From positions 64,001-128,000 of IMG/VR virus record IMGVR_UViG_3300031555_003442: 64,000 bases of DNA, one strand, 5' to 3'. This DNA is from a virus. Taxonomy: Duplodnaviria > Caudoviricetes. The notes beneath the pieces are model-generated. The model had not been told where the DNA came from. It saw nothing but the letters and a program-made list of their open reading frames with translations, and ran no database searches. Position 1 is the stretch's first letter; every line of letters begins with the position of its first letter. Positions 38,822 to 48,610 of the stretch are shown piece after piece. The position numbers and the translations under genes are program-made.

Positions 38822-38907
38822 AATATAGTTAAAACTATCCACACGGTCAAGATTTTAACGAAATTCCCTGACGACCTCTTGCCAAGCGGCATCGAAATAG
38901 GTATATT
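38822..38907. promoter_or_regulatory. divergent sigma70-type promoters
   Basis: - strand TTGACC-N17-TATATT (38850-38822); + strand TTGCCA-N17-TATATT (38879-38907). Confidence 0.7.
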
Positions 38908-38938
38908 TATAAAAAAGTTTCATTACAAGGAGAAACCT

Positions 38939-39223
38939 ATGTTCGGTATCGAACCTAATCTTGACAAAGTGTTCGGCGGAATGTTGAAGCCGAAGCAGCA
39001 GAAACTCGTTGACTACACGCAGTACCGTATGGAACGTGATTCCGTCCGATACGAAATCTTTGGCCGCAAGGTGTGCAACTCAGCCCTTATGTGGCATGAG
39101 GATACCCGCTTCTGGTTTGACCGTGAAAACATGGTCATCGTCCCCGAATTTAGCCCGTACATGGATGTTATGGGTGCCAAGCTGTTCCCTGATACGCTGG
39201 CCCGTTACGGAATCCACGCTTAA
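38939..39223 (+). CDS. hypothetical protein
   Basis: AGGAG RBS downstream of the promoter. Confidence 0.65.
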   Translation: MFGIEPNLDKVFGGMLKPKQQKLVDYTQYRMERDSVRYEIFGRKVCNSALMWHEDTRFWFDRENMVIVPEFSPYMDVMGAKLFPDTLARYGIHA

Positions 39224-39240
39224 TCCGTTCGGAGGAAACT

Positions 39241-39981
39241 ATGGGTGAAATCCACGAGTACATGAGCGCATATCCTTACTATGACGAGAACAAGTGGTGT
39301 TGGTCCATCGAGAACCCGAATAAGGATAACGCCCTGTTCATGCGTTACCGTGCCAGGAAGGACAAGAATTACCGCAACATGGACAAGCTTCCGTTCTTCG
39401 ATTCAATCGAGAAGGATGCCAACCAGTTCGGGATGCATTCGTGTACCTTTACCGACATCTTCGGAATTACATGGAATGGAACGAAGGGTTGTCAGATGGT
39501 TTCTGACGACCCTGACTACGAGCAGCACCTGTACTACTATGACGAGGACAGCGACGGGTACCTTGTCTCCGACGAGTACACGCAGGACAATCCGCCCGCT
39601 GATTTCGTCAAGCTGCGTAACCCGAGATGGGATATGTGGGTTGATGTCAAGGGTATCAAGACGCTCTACTACAAATGGGTTCAGAACAATAACCACCTGT
39701 TCAAGGATTCCGTGTTCTATGCGGAATACGATGACGGTACTAAGCTTTCGTTCTACGACGTGATGGGTCTGATGCACGGACTGAAACGTCTTCGTCCAGA
39801 CCTCTACGATGGTGTCCTTCCAGAAATTGAACGCCATTTCGAGAACCTGCGTGATAACGAACGTGCCGAAGTCAGGGAGTTCTGGCCGGGGATGACCGCC
39901 CGGGAGTATTTCGACAAATGGAACAATGCCATGGACTACTCCGAAAAGACGGGTGAGCCAATCCCTACGGACGGGGCATAA
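39241..39981 (+). CDS. hypothetical protein
   Basis: 246-aa ORF, GGAGG RBS. Confidence 0.75.
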   Translation: MGEIHEYMSAYPYYDENKWCWSIENPNKDNALFMRYRARKDKNYRNMDKLPFFDSIEKDANQFGMHSCTFTDIFGITWNGTKGCQMVSDDPDYEQHLYYYDEDSDGYLVSDEYTQDNPPADFVKLRNPRWDMWVDVKGIKTLYYKWVQNNNHLFKDSVFYAEYDDGTKLSFYDVMGLMHGLKRLRPDLYDGVLPEIERHFENLRDNERAEVREFWPGMTAREYFDKWNNAMDYSEKTGEPIPTDGA

Positions 39982-40001
39982 TTACAATTAAAGGAAAAAA
40001 G

Positions 40002-40511
40002 ATGAAAACGATTCGCAACTCGGTTTTTGAAACCAATTCCAGCTCCTGCCATGTAATCACCTTGCTGAACTCATACGAAATGGAACAGTTCAATAATGGT
40101 GAACTGCTCGTCGAGTTCGGCAGGAGCCAAGGCGCAAAGATTGTCGCAAACTTCGTTGAGAAGTTCCGTTTCGGCTATGAACTCGAACGCTTGCAATTCG
40201 GCTACGATTACAAGGAGGAAAAACCCACCTATTACGACCTTCCGAGGGAAAGCTTGGGGAAACCGAGAGATGCCTTGTGGGATTTGCTTCAGGAAGGCAT
40301 GAAGACTCATATCGAACATTTTGATGACAAGGTTGCCTCGATATTCTCTGATGTCGGTGTAACGGATGATTTGTATATCGAACGGGTTAAAAGCTACATC
40401 GAAGACTTTGCTGGTGTATCGACCGTTAATCACCTCATGGAAGACATGACGACATACACGATGCCTAACGGCGAGGTTATGCATTTCAGTTGTCATGAGT
40501 TCGAGTGTTAA
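40002..40511 (+). CDS. phage protein with FETNSSS-H N-terminal motif
   Basis: IRNSVFETNSSSCH, a recurrent phage motif. Confidence 0.7.
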   Translation: MKTIRNSVFETNSSSCHVITLLNSYEMEQFNNGELLVEFGRSQGAKIVANFVEKFRFGYELERLQFGYDYKEEKPTYYDLPRESLGKPRDALWDLLQEGMKTHIEHFDDKVASIFSDVGVTDDLYIERVKSYIEDFAGVSTVNHLMEDMTTYTMPNGEVMHFSCHEFEC

Positions 40512-40512
40512 T

Positions 40513-40956
40513 ATGAGAACGTGGCTAAAAATAAGTATCCTCAGGAGTGCTGCTGACAACGGTTACCGTCTGGCGATAGACGGTACGCTGATTGACCAGA
40601 AGCCACCTGCGGGTTCATCCGACATTGAACTGAGTACCCACAAGCTAGCCGACCTTCTTGACCTTGACACCCTCGTTGATATGCTCAAGTACAAGAATGA
40701 CTGTGAAGAGTTGAAAAAGCTCTTCTTCGTCTCCAACAGGGAGTTGTCCGACTGGGTTGACGCCAAGAAGGGACGCCGTATTCATGTGGTCCAGCCGAAC
40801 CAGATGATTAACCAAGGGGTATCCCACGATACTTGGCCGTACACGGAAGACACGGCGGAACTTAACGCCAGGAACGCAGGAGACATCTTCGTTGTCGAAG
40901 CGGGCTCCAGCACCCTGAACCACCTTACCCGAAAGGCTATCGGATTGGAATTGTAA
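40513..40956 (+). CDS. hypothetical protein
   Basis: ORF in run. Confidence 0.6.
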   Translation: MRTWLKISILRSAADNGYRLAIDGTLIDQKPPAGSSDIELSTHKLADLLDLDTLVDMLKYKNDCEELKKLFFVSNRELSDWVDAKKGRRIHVVQPNQMINQGVSHDTWPYTEDTAELNARNAGDIFVVEAGSSTLNHLTRKAIGLEL

Positions 40957-40969
40957 TGCGGAGAATGAT

Positions 40970-41293
40970 ATGGATGAGATGATTCCGTCCAGGGCTTTGG
41001 AAATCACTTTGGAATGGCTGGCGAAGTTCAACCGTCACGAGTACTTCACGAAGGAACTCTACAAGAAGCTACCCGCCTACAAGGAATGCGGCATTCGCCG
41101 TGAGAAGACCGAAATCCAGGTTGCGTTCATCTGCAAGGCGTTGCGGCTGAAAGGCATTTATACGACCCCTTGCGGAGTCGCCTGGTCCCACATCTGGGAC
41201 GATGTCGGGACCGTAGACCTATATCTTGAACGGTACGAGCCTATCATCGAAGGCTACGTGAAGTGGTGCGAAAAACAGAGCAAGAAGGGATGA
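40970..41293 (+). CDS. hypothetical protein
   Basis: GGAG RBS. Confidence 0.65.
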   Translation: MDEMIPSRALEITLEWLAKFNRHEYFTKELYKKLPAYKECGIRREKTEIQVAFICKALRLKGIYTTPCGVAWSHIWDDVGTVDLYLERYEPIIEGYVKWCEKQSKKG

Positions 41294-41514
41294 ATATGAT
41301 TGACGAGGTTCATAACAGGACGTTGCTTATGGAACATAACTTGAAGACCTCCCTCCTGTGGAAGAATATCTACAAGTTTTCATCCAAGTGGAATCTGGCT
41401 ATAATCTGCGTTGCATTTCCAGAAGCCGTCCTAGAACAACTGAAACGGGATTTTGTTGCGGCTTATCCCGACAAGGATTTCGACACCGAGTGGGAAACCT
41501 GCAAGGCCGAATAA
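41290..41514 (+). CDS. hypothetical protein
   Basis: ATGA-coupled. Confidence 0.55.
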   Translation: MNMIDEVHNRTLLMEHNLKTSLLWKNIYKFSSKWNLAIICVAFPEAVLEQLKRDFVAAYPDKDFDTEWETCKAE

Positions 41515-41619
41515 ACCGATGTCCCGTAGTTTAACTGGAAAAATGTGGCCCTCCGAAGGCCAAGACGTGCGTGTTCGAATCACGTCGGGACAACTACACA
41601 TCAAACCATGGAGATTCTT

Positions 41620-42135
41620 ATGGAAGAAATCATAACGAACGGCTGGAACAACATCCAGAAATATGCACCGCCGCTGAACAAGGAAATTTTCATCTTGACT
41701 GAAGATGACTTGAACCCGTCTGTGGCAATATGCCGAATGGCCCCAGCAAATAAGCTCACCTGGACGGTAAACAAGGAAGGAATGGTCCTGTGCTACGACG
41801 TTCCCTGTGGGAATTACCATTCATGCAATGGCTCGAAGATAAGGTACTGGAAAGAAATCGACCGTCCTTATGTCAAGGGCCGTCCAGAACAGGATAAAAT
41901 TCAGTCCGCAGTCGAAACGCTCCTGAAGCTCCCTGTAAAAGAACGCTATTCTCTCTTGTTCGGAACGGTCAAGGAACCTAATGTTGCCGACGCAGATGAA
42001 CATGAAGCGTACCTGAAATGCAAAGATACAGTCAGGCAGGCCGTTCATGACTATATCAAAACGGTAGGCCATGACTTGACGGACGCTGAAAAGATGTCTA
42101 TATCACACATATCCGAGTTTGCGTTGAATGCATAA
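41620..42135 (+). CDS. hypothetical protein, DUF551-like N-terminus
   Basis: GGAG RBS; GWNNIQKYAPP. Confidence 0.6.
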   Translation: MEEIITNGWNNIQKYAPPLNKEIFILTEDDLNPSVAICRMAPANKLTWTVNKEGMVLCYDVPCGNYHSCNGSKIRYWKEIDRPYVKGRPEQDKIQSAVETLLKLPVKERYSLLFGTVKEPNVADADEHEAYLKCKDTVRQAVHDYIKTVGHDLTDAEKMSISHISEFALNA

Positions 42136-42403
42136 GTTAAGTATGCCCATGTGCGATATCCCAATTTCAGCAACCGTGGTGCGACTTGCACCAACCATGA
42201 AGATGATTGGGCAGAAGGTTGCAGCAAGACGCAAACAGCTGATGATAACCCAGAAGGACCTTGCCGAGATGGCAGGCGTCTCTGTACGCACGGTATCCCA
42301 GATTGAATCGGGGAAGGCAAACCCGACTGTCAATCAGCTTGGCGACATCCTTAAACAAATCGGGTTCGTAATCAGTTTGCAAGACCGTGTCGTAATCGAG
42401 TAA
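42128..42403 (+). CDS. XRE-family HTH regulator (HipB-like)
   Basis: RRK..TQ.DLAEMAGVS.RTVSQIESGKANPT. Confidence 0.88.
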   Translation: MHKLSMPMCDIPISATVVRLAPTMKMIGQKVAARRKQLMITQKDLAEMAGVSVRTVSQIESGKANPTVNQLGDILKQIGFVISLQDRVVIE

Positions 42404-42417
42404 TCAAAGGAGGTTGT

Positions 42418-42693
42418 ATGAGACCTGAAAACTGGGTTGAATTAGGGCAGAATGATACAGTGCAGTTCGATGTCCACTGCGTTATGAAGAAGTGCTGGGC
42501 AAACGAGTTCCTGTCCATGCTGGCAGACATGCAGCGTCTCGGCGAGATGGGCTGCAGCAGGATGAGGGGCATGTATTGCGACGGCGATGGAGACTTCCGT
42601 CCTAAGTTTAGCCACAACCTCGAAGGGTTCACCGAGACCGAGCACAGGGTAAGCAAGGCAGACCCAGACATTTGGTTCTGGGATGCGGGGTAA
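42418..42693 (+). CDS. hypothetical protein
   Basis: GGAGG RBS; DGDGDFRP. Confidence 0.65.
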   Translation: MRPENWVELGQNDTVQFDVHCVMKKCWANEFLSMLADMQRLGEMGCSRMRGMYCDGDGDFRPKFSHNLEGFTETEHRVSKADPDIWFWDAG

Positions 42694-42697
42694 TACT

Positions 42698-43219
42698 ATG
42701 AAAGATGAACAGTATAAGGATTTTATCCAAAAGTGCCATCCTGAACTCGTAGCGGAGGCGGAATCTTTCATCAATGGCGATACGGAGGAGCCTACGCCAA
42801 AGCCGAAGAAACGTAAGAAAATGGACCGTAGCAGCTGGGAGTACATCTGCCGTTTGATGCCAAAGTTGAAGAACTTGGCACATGTCCGCATATCTGGTGG
42901 CGGAATGGGAAGAATGGATGGGTGGTATGTATATACCGTAGCTACCGTCGGATGCCGTAAGGAGAAAGTTGGCATCAGTATATGGGCGCACGATTACAAG
43001 TGTGGCAAGGATTTCCGTGAAAAGATTCCTCTTACGCCAAAGGAGCACTATCTCGAATTTTATACTAGGTTCGGCAACGCCTCCACATCGTGCTACCAGA
43101 GCATGACTAACTTGCCTGGTCATATATGCAAGGATGGGCACGGTAACGTCTATCCTACTGACATACCTCACAAGAGAAAAGAAATCTACCGATATCTTGG
43201 AATAGAGCCAAAGGAGTAA
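42698..43219 (+). CDS. hypothetical protein
   Basis: ORF in run. Confidence 0.65.
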   Translation: MKDEQYKDFIQKCHPELVAEAESFINGDTEEPTPKPKKRKKMDRSSWEYICRLMPKLKNLAHVRISGGGMGRMDGWYVYTVATVGCRKEKVGISIWAHDYKCGKDFREKIPLTPKEHYLEFYTRFGNASTSCYQSMTNLPGHICKDGHGNVYPTDIPHKRKEIYRYLGIEPKE

Positions 43220-43221
43220 CT

Positions 43222-43539
43222 ATGGGTGTAGACTACAAATGGGGCGGAAGCGCTGGCGGAACCCGTTTTGGGCAGGAGATTGACCGTGTCGCCAAGCTAT
43301 TTGGCGGCAAACGAATCGAGGGAAGCAAGGGGCCCAATAAGTTCGGGCTTCCAGACGGGACAAACCCGTGCGTCGTGAAATTCTTCGACCACCTGTACGG
43401 ACCGCTTAGCATCGAAGAGACGAAGGAAGTCTGGAATGAATTCCAGAAGCATCCTGAAATCGAGAAAATCATGCCTGATATGTGGAACGAGTTCAAGTGC
43501 GACGCTAAGTACGGCGAAGGTTTCGAGTTGAGTTACTAG
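43222..43539 (+). CDS. hypothetical protein
   Basis: AGGAG RBS. Confidence 0.65.
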   Translation: MGVDYKWGGSAGGTRFGQEIDRVAKLFGGKRIEGSKGPNKFGLPDGTNPCVVKFFDHLYGPLSIEETKEVWNEFQKHPEIEKIMPDMWNEFKCDAKYGEGFELSY

Positions 43540-43551
43540 GAGGTTGGTTGT

Positions 43552-43908
43552 ATGATTAAAGACAAGGAAGCGTACAGGGCAAAATGCACCGAGCTTTTGA
43601 ACAAGAAGGAAGAACTGATGGACAGCATCAGTGCTGTTGAAGCGGTCAAGGAATTGTTGGAAAAATACAATGTTCACCACTTGTCCGCATTGAAGGCGAA
43701 GCTTGAAAAGGAATATGATGATACCGAATATGCGTACGAATATCTCACCAAGGAAGAAGATGAAGTCTTTTCACAAATCACCAAGGAGTTCAGCGGCAAC
43801 CAGATTGAATGCTGGTTTGCACAGGGTTATGACATGGTGGAGTTGGTAAATGCCTACTTGCGTGGGGAGTTGGAAAAGTTCAAGGAGAAACCAAATGAGC
43901 ACGAATGA
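43552..43908 (+). CDS. hypothetical protein
   Basis: GGAGG RBS. Confidence 0.65.
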   Translation: MIKDKEAYRAKCTELLNKKEELMDSISAVEAVKELLEKYNVHHLSALKAKLEKEYDDTEYAYEYLTKEEDEVFSQITKEFSGNQIECWFAQGYDMVELVNAYLRGELEKFKEKPNEHE

Positions 43909-44356
43909 AAACAATGGTTGCGAACTGTTCGACGCCTACCTTACCGCAAAGAAGGCGTTGACTACACGTATCAAGAATGTTCTGGAAATCCTTGCCAAGT
44001 TCAAGGCGTTGGACGTTACTCCGTCCGAAGCTGCAGAGGCGGTCGCACAGGAAATCACACAGGTTTCCAGCCACCAGTGGAGATACAATTCAGGCCATGA
44101 AACAATCTATTGCGAACATAGTTATGGACACCGTTCGTATGGATGCTTCAAAAAGTGTACGGTGAAGATTCCTGTCAAGTACCTCAACATGAAAGACGAT
44201 GAAATCTACAAAGAGAACAGGGAAGCTGCACTTGCCGCACTGGAAGCGAAGAAGGTCGAAATTGAAGCTCAGATTGAAGAGAAGACAAAGTCGATGAGGA
44301 GCTATCTGAAAAGGATTAACTCCGAGATTGACTCTTTGAAGGAAGAGGATGAATAA
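43895..44356 (+). CDS. hypothetical protein with coiled-coil C-terminus
   Basis: AGGAG RBS. Confidence 0.65.
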   Translation: MSTNENNGCELFDAYLTAKKALTTRIKNVLEILAKFKALDVTPSEAAEAVAQEITQVSSHQWRYNSGHETIYCEHSYGHRSYGCFKKCTVKIPVKYLNMKDDEIYKENREAALAALEAKKVEIEAQIEEKTKSMRSYLKRINSEIDSLKEEDE

Positions 44357-44638
44357 ATGCAGGACCAGACGATTACATTCCACTGGCGTACATTCGAGGA
44401 GGAAACGCCGCAGTCTGGCAAGGAAATCCTTGTAAAGACCCCAGCTTCTCCCCTGTACTGGTGGACACGCACTACTGTCTTCGGCAGGCACATGCAGCTA
44501 GCTTGCCTTACATACCTCAGTAAGGCGAAGAAGGACGGACTGCTGTGGTGCTACTGCGACGAAATAGACGAACAGGCGCCACCCGATTGGGATGGCGTCT
44601 ATAACCACGGTGGACGGAGGACTGATGGAAAAGCCTAA
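44357..44638 (+). CDS. hypothetical protein, DUF551-like
   Basis: HWRTFEEETP..GKEILV. Confidence 0.55.
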   Translation: MQDQTITFHWRTFEEETPQSGKEILVKTPASPLYWWTRTTVFGRHMQLACLTYLSKAKKDGLLWCYCDEIDEQAPPDWDGVYNHGGRRTDGKA

Positions 44639-44792
44639 CAAACTTGTCTGGACGGACTTGGTATCGGACGAGTTGAAAGAGATGCTTTTCAACCTGAAAT
44701 CCGACAACGGGGTTGTCCCGTTAGGAACCGTTGACAAGCTTATCCAGCTTTTCGTGAATGATATCGAACGGTTGGGTAATCAGTCTTCGTAA
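44625..44792 (+). CDS. hypothetical protein
   Basis: GGAGG RBS. Confidence 0.55.
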   Translation: MEKPNKLVWTDLVSDELKEMLFNLKSDNGVVPLGTVDKLIQLFVNDIERLGNQSS

Positions 44793-45553
44793 TCGTCGAA
44801 GAACAGGCCGTACTCCCTCATCCATGCACGGGCCCCGATTTGGTCGGCCCGTTTTTTCATTTCCTTCACGTTGAAGTTGTACACGTCCCACCAGGGGATT
44901 TCAACAAGGAGGAAACTCGACTTTGCACCCATAGCCTCTACACAGAGCTTGTAGAAGGCGTTGTCCTTGCCGTTGGTCGCCGAGGATATGATAATCTTCG
45001 TGTCCTTTCGGTTGAGAATGGTCGGGAAAATGAGGTTGACAACCTTTTCCTGATACTCGTCCTTTGCGAACGCAAAGTCGTCAAGGAACAGGTACTTGAA
45101 CATCGGTGCATCCTGCCTGCTGATGGTGCTGTAAGTCTGTGCAGATATTGCCGAGTTGTTGCCGTTGTTCCAAATCAGGTGTTCCGTTGAATTGATGAAA
45201 ACGCCATCCTTGGCCCATTCCTTCGGCAGGTTCTTTAGAGAGAAGTCTATCTTGCCCAGAAGTTCGCACGAGCGTTCCATCTTGGTCGAAACCACTGCGA
45301 TTGAAGCGTTCGGCTCGAACAGCAGCTTGTGCATGATGAACAGCGTCGCTTCAAGCGTGGAGCCAGACTGTCTCGGCTGTTTCAGAATCAGGTTTCTCTT
45401 GTCGCCGCAGATGGGCGGGAGCTGCATCAGGGTTAGAACCTTCCGCTGGTAACCCCTCGTGGACATGCGTTCTGTCCCGTGGCAGTTCTGTACATAGGTG
45501 AATTTGGCAAGGTCGAAAATGTTGTCCTTGCAGTTAAGGAATGATTTACTCAT
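44780..45553 (-). CDS. terminase large-subunit ATPase-domain homologue, truncated, degenerate Walker motifs
   Basis: RGYQ, PRQSGST, LFLDDFAF, IISSATNG, IPWWDV, REY; T4 gp17-like motif order; no nuclease domain. Confidence 0.8.
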   Translation of the reverse strand: MSKSFLNCKDNIFDLAKFTYVQNCHGTERMSTRGYQRKVLTLMQLPPICGDKRNLILKQPRQSGSTLEATLFIMHKLLFEPNASIAVVSTKMERSCELLGKIDFSLKNLPKEWAKDGVFINSTEHLIWNNGNNSAISAQTYSTISRQDAPMFKYLFLDDFAFAKDEYQEKVVNLIFPTILNRKDTKIIISSATNGKDNAFYKLCVEAMGAKSSFLLVEIPWWDVYNFNVKEMKKRADQIGARAWMREYGLFFDDYED

Positions 45554-45633
45554 ATTGTACCCCGTGTGTTTACCAGTAGACGGAATTGCCGACTGGCCGA
45601 AGCATAATTAAAGTATATTTTTACGGGTTTCCC

Positions 45634-45662
45634 TTGACAGAAACGGTGTTTTGAGCTATATT
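45634..45662 (+). promoter_or_regulatory. promoter TTGACA-N17-TATATT
   Basis: exact consensus. Confidence 0.8.
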
Positions 45663-45679
45663 GTCAAACGAGGTATATT

Positions 45680-46099
45680 ATGAGAATGCCTGTATTTTAC
45701 TACAGAATGAAGCACAAGTTGCTTGCGTTCATCGACCGCAACTTCACTGGCTGTGCATACTGCAACGAAAAGAAATTGTGGAAGATGTTCGGCGAAAAGT
45801 GCGTCCCGCTGGACAACTTCAATACTCTGATTGACAGCGTCCCAGTCGGAGACAGCAAGACGAAGTACGCCTGCTACTTCTACCCCAAGCAGCGCCGCAT
45901 CGAGGTTAGCCGAGTGGACGAGAACGGGAAGTACATCACGGTCGAATCCATCTTCGTACACAACTGCCCCGAATGCGGAAGGCCGTTGCCGTATACGCTA
46001 GATAGAAAGAAAAAGAAGGAAAAGGTGGTCATCGCTTCGACGCCCAAGGGCCCTAACGTGTTCTACGACATGTGGAAAAAAGAGGCCGAAACAAAATGA
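45680..46099 (+). CDS. zinc-ribbon hypothetical protein
   Basis: CAYC and CPECGR. Confidence 0.65.
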   Translation: MRMPVFYYRMKHKLLAFIDRNFTGCAYCNEKKLWKMFGEKCVPLDNFNTLIDSVPVGDSKTKYACYFYPKQRRIEVSRVDENGKYITVESIFVHNCPECGRPLPYTLDRKKKKEKVVIASTPKGPNVFYDMWKKEAETK

Positions 46100-46341
46100 G
46101 GACAAAGATTATCTATAGGGGTTCCGTCTGGCGGGACTATTACTGCGAAGTCAACTTGAAGCAGTTGAGCAAGGAACTTGCGGACGAGTTGATGGACTCT
46201 TCCGATATTTCTACTTGCCTTAATACCCATATCATCAACAAGGAGCTGACTCCTGACGATGTGGTAAAACTTATTGCCTTCCTCAAAGAGAAGGAAGTTT
46301 GGAACAATGTGGCCCGTCTGGTCGTCAATGAAGATGGTTAA
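46096..46341 (+). CDS. hypothetical protein
   Basis: ATGA-coupled. Confidence 0.6.
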   Translation: MRTKIIYRGSVWRDYYCEVNLKQLSKELADELMDSSDISTCLNTHIINKELTPDDVVKLIAFLKEKEVWNNVARLVVNEDG

Positions 46342-46343
46342 AA

Positions 46344-46538
46344 ATGCGTTATAGGATAACTAAATGCCTGATGGAGAAGTACGGCCTCATGGAGTCTACC
46401 GTGAAGATTATGCTCCTAGGTCACGGCACGTTCATACAAGAGGCTGAAGAAAGCGGGATGGACCCAGAGGTGGCCGCCGAAGCCATCTATACGAAGTCTA
46501 TACGGAATGGCAAGACTTACAGCGTTAATCCGAGGTGA
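46344..46538 (+). CDS. hypothetical protein
   Basis: ORF in run. Confidence 0.55.
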   Translation: MRYRITKCLMEKYGLMESTVKIMLLGHGTFIQEAEESGMDPEVAAEAIYTKSIRNGKTYSVNPR

Positions 46539-46540
46539 AA

Positions 46541-47089
46541 ATGAAAGAAGAACTTACTTTTGAGGATGTCTGTGCCTATATCGACCAGCTTGTCGATAAG
46601 AACGACGAGACAACGATTAGAAAGGTAGTCGACGAAGCCCAGTCGGGAATTGGCCGCATTTTTGACAACAGGATGAAAGCCCTAGAAGAGAAAAAGGAGA
46701 AGAAATTCCTGCTCATCGTCGACAGTTTCGCCCCGCTTGCCGAGTGCCTCGAATCTGGTGCCGAAATCGACGAGTATTCAAGTAACATCGCTGTCCGTGA
46801 AGTCTCACGGGAATACTTCTACGGCAATGACGAGCTGACCCCTCCCTTCGTCAATAGAACTTTCGGGGAAGGCAAGCCAGTAGACTATGACTGCATGGTG
46901 TATGCGATAGACATTCTCCGTAAGGCCACTAAGCACCCTGGCTTATATATGTATTGGAAAAACAGCGTGTGCTACTCCGACGAAGGCACCAAGTACCTTA
47001 AATCCCTATTCGAGTTCATGTACACCGTCATGGACAACGCATGCACATGTTACAGGAGTAAGAAACAGCGATATGAAGACGCAAACTAA
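46541..47089 (+). CDS. hypothetical protein
   Basis: GAGGTG RBS. Confidence 0.7.
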   Translation: MKEELTFEDVCAYIDQLVDKNDETTIRKVVDEAQSGIGRIFDNRMKALEEKKEKKFLLIVDSFAPLAECLESGAEIDEYSSNIAVREVSREYFYGNDELTPPFVNRTFGEGKPVDYDCMVYAIDILRKATKHPGLYMYWKNSVCYSDEGTKYLKSLFEFMYTVMDNACTCYRSKKQRYEDAN

Positions 47090-47570
47090 GCGTATGAGGA
47101 TTCCCTTCTCGAAGGAAGCTCTCAGGAAAATGGTAACATTCGGACATTCCATGTACGCCACTCCCGAAAAGGCAGAAGAATGCGGCGGGTTGGAATACTG
47201 CCCGAAGCTGTTCAGGGTGTACAACGACCTTGGCGACAAGGACTATATGGAGTATGATTTCTACGGAGAACGCCCTGTCAGGGCACGATGCTATATCGAG
47301 AGTATAGCGACATGTCCACGCTCACCGCTCAACCCTGACTCTGACGACCCGTGGAAGCTCTGTGCGATAACACTCATGATGAGCATGATGGACAGCAAGT
47401 TCGATGACCTTGCCTATAAGAAATCAGAGCTGGAATCCGCCGCACTCGAACTGATAAAGGAATGTGCTGCCAAGTTCAATTACAGCCTCTCGGTATCGGA
47501 AAATCTCAAATTCAACTATTACAGGCACCGTTGGGACGTGTTCGTTCCAGGTGGACAGGATATTCAATGA
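47073..47570 (+). CDS. hypothetical protein
   Basis: ORF in run. Confidence 0.65.
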   Translation: MKTQTKRMRIPFSKEALRKMVTFGHSMYATPEKAEECGGLEYCPKLFRVYNDLGDKDYMEYDFYGERPVRARCYIESIATCPRSPLNPDSDDPWKLCAITLMMSMMDSKFDDLAYKKSELESAALELIKECAAKFNYSLSVSENLKFNYYRHRWDVFVPGGQDIQ

Positions 47571-47711
47571 AACCGTTTAATCCGTATCACTACGCATTGG
47601 CACTCGTATTGCCAGCAAAGCATAAGATGGTTCCGCCATCGTGCCGTATAGTTCCTATGCCGTACTCAATGAATCCATGTAAACAGTATCGCCGTGTAGG
47701 CTGAGGATATC

Positions 47712-48599
47712 ATGCACTTTAAACAAGAATTCAAGTTCAGGCTTGGCGACAGGGTTATCTACAAGGACCCGAACTCAGGTGAAACCGAAGAAGTCACCAT
47801 CAGGCAGAGAACCCTCAGGATAGACAAGGACGGACAGAAGGCGTCCTATGTGTGCAGGGAAGGTAACCACAAGCATGTCTCCTACTGGGATGAAATGACC
47901 GAGGAGAACCTGTCCTTTGCTGGTGAAGAACACGGAACTGACGTGGTTGATGGCGACATCCTTGACGGGCTCGGCGAACACCTCGAAATAGGTGACACCG
48001 TGTTCTATGACGTGTATTACAGTGCCAATGGAATAAGTGTCAAAGACCGTGTTCCGAACGTCGATTTTACCTTTGCAAAAGAGCTTGAAATAGACTACTT
48101 CAAGCTTGACTGGTATATCGAAGTAGGGTTCAAAGACGGTAAAGTGGTTGACAACGTGGATAAAGTGTATTACGACCAGCATGTACACGGCAAGCTGACT
48201 TTCGAGGACCTGACTGTTGGTGAGAAACGGTACGGCATGCCAAAGGGATTCCCGTTGTGTGAATGGGCTATGAGTACCCATAAGACCATCGGTGAGAACT
48301 TCGCTCAGGAGTATGTCGCAGCCCTTTCAAGACCTGGATATGCGTTGATTGGCAAAGATGATGCCAAGAAAGCGTGGGGGTCTCGGAACGAAGGTGAACA
48401 TGATTTCTATGCAATCAAGCGGTGGCTGACCCATCTGGGAAAGTTCGACGAGGTTGCAAAGCTGATGGACGAAAGGAAGTCGAAACCGAAGCCGACAAGG
48501 AAGGCCGTCAAGAAACAAAAGGATTCAAGCATTGACGACATCATGGAAAAACTGAAATCCGACCCGAAGCTGCTTGCCAAGGTCAAGAAAATGCTTTAA
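47712..48599 (+). CDS. hypothetical protein
   Basis: 295-aa ORF, GAGGA RBS. Confidence 0.75.
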   Translation: MHFKQEFKFRLGDRVIYKDPNSGETEEVTIRQRTLRIDKDGQKASYVCREGNHKHVSYWDEMTEENLSFAGEEHGTDVVDGDILDGLGEHLEIGDTVFYDVYYSANGISVKDRVPNVDFTFAKELEIDYFKLDWYIEVGFKDGKVVDNVDKVYYDQHVHGKLTFEDLTVGEKRYGMPKGFPLCEWAMSTHKTIGENFAQEYVAALSRPGYALIGKDDAKKAWGSRNEGEHDFYAIKRWLTHLGKFDEVAKLMDERKSKPKPTRKAVKKQKDSSIDDIMEKLKSDPKLLAKVKKML

Positions 48600-48610
48600 G
48601 GAGGCATCGT

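Noticed and set aside
38765-38938. Hydrophobic N-terminal extension of the 38765-39223 ORF (likewise extensions at 34958, 16287, 13932 and 54381)
   Set aside because: The extensions run through promoter elements; downstream ATGs have proper RBSs
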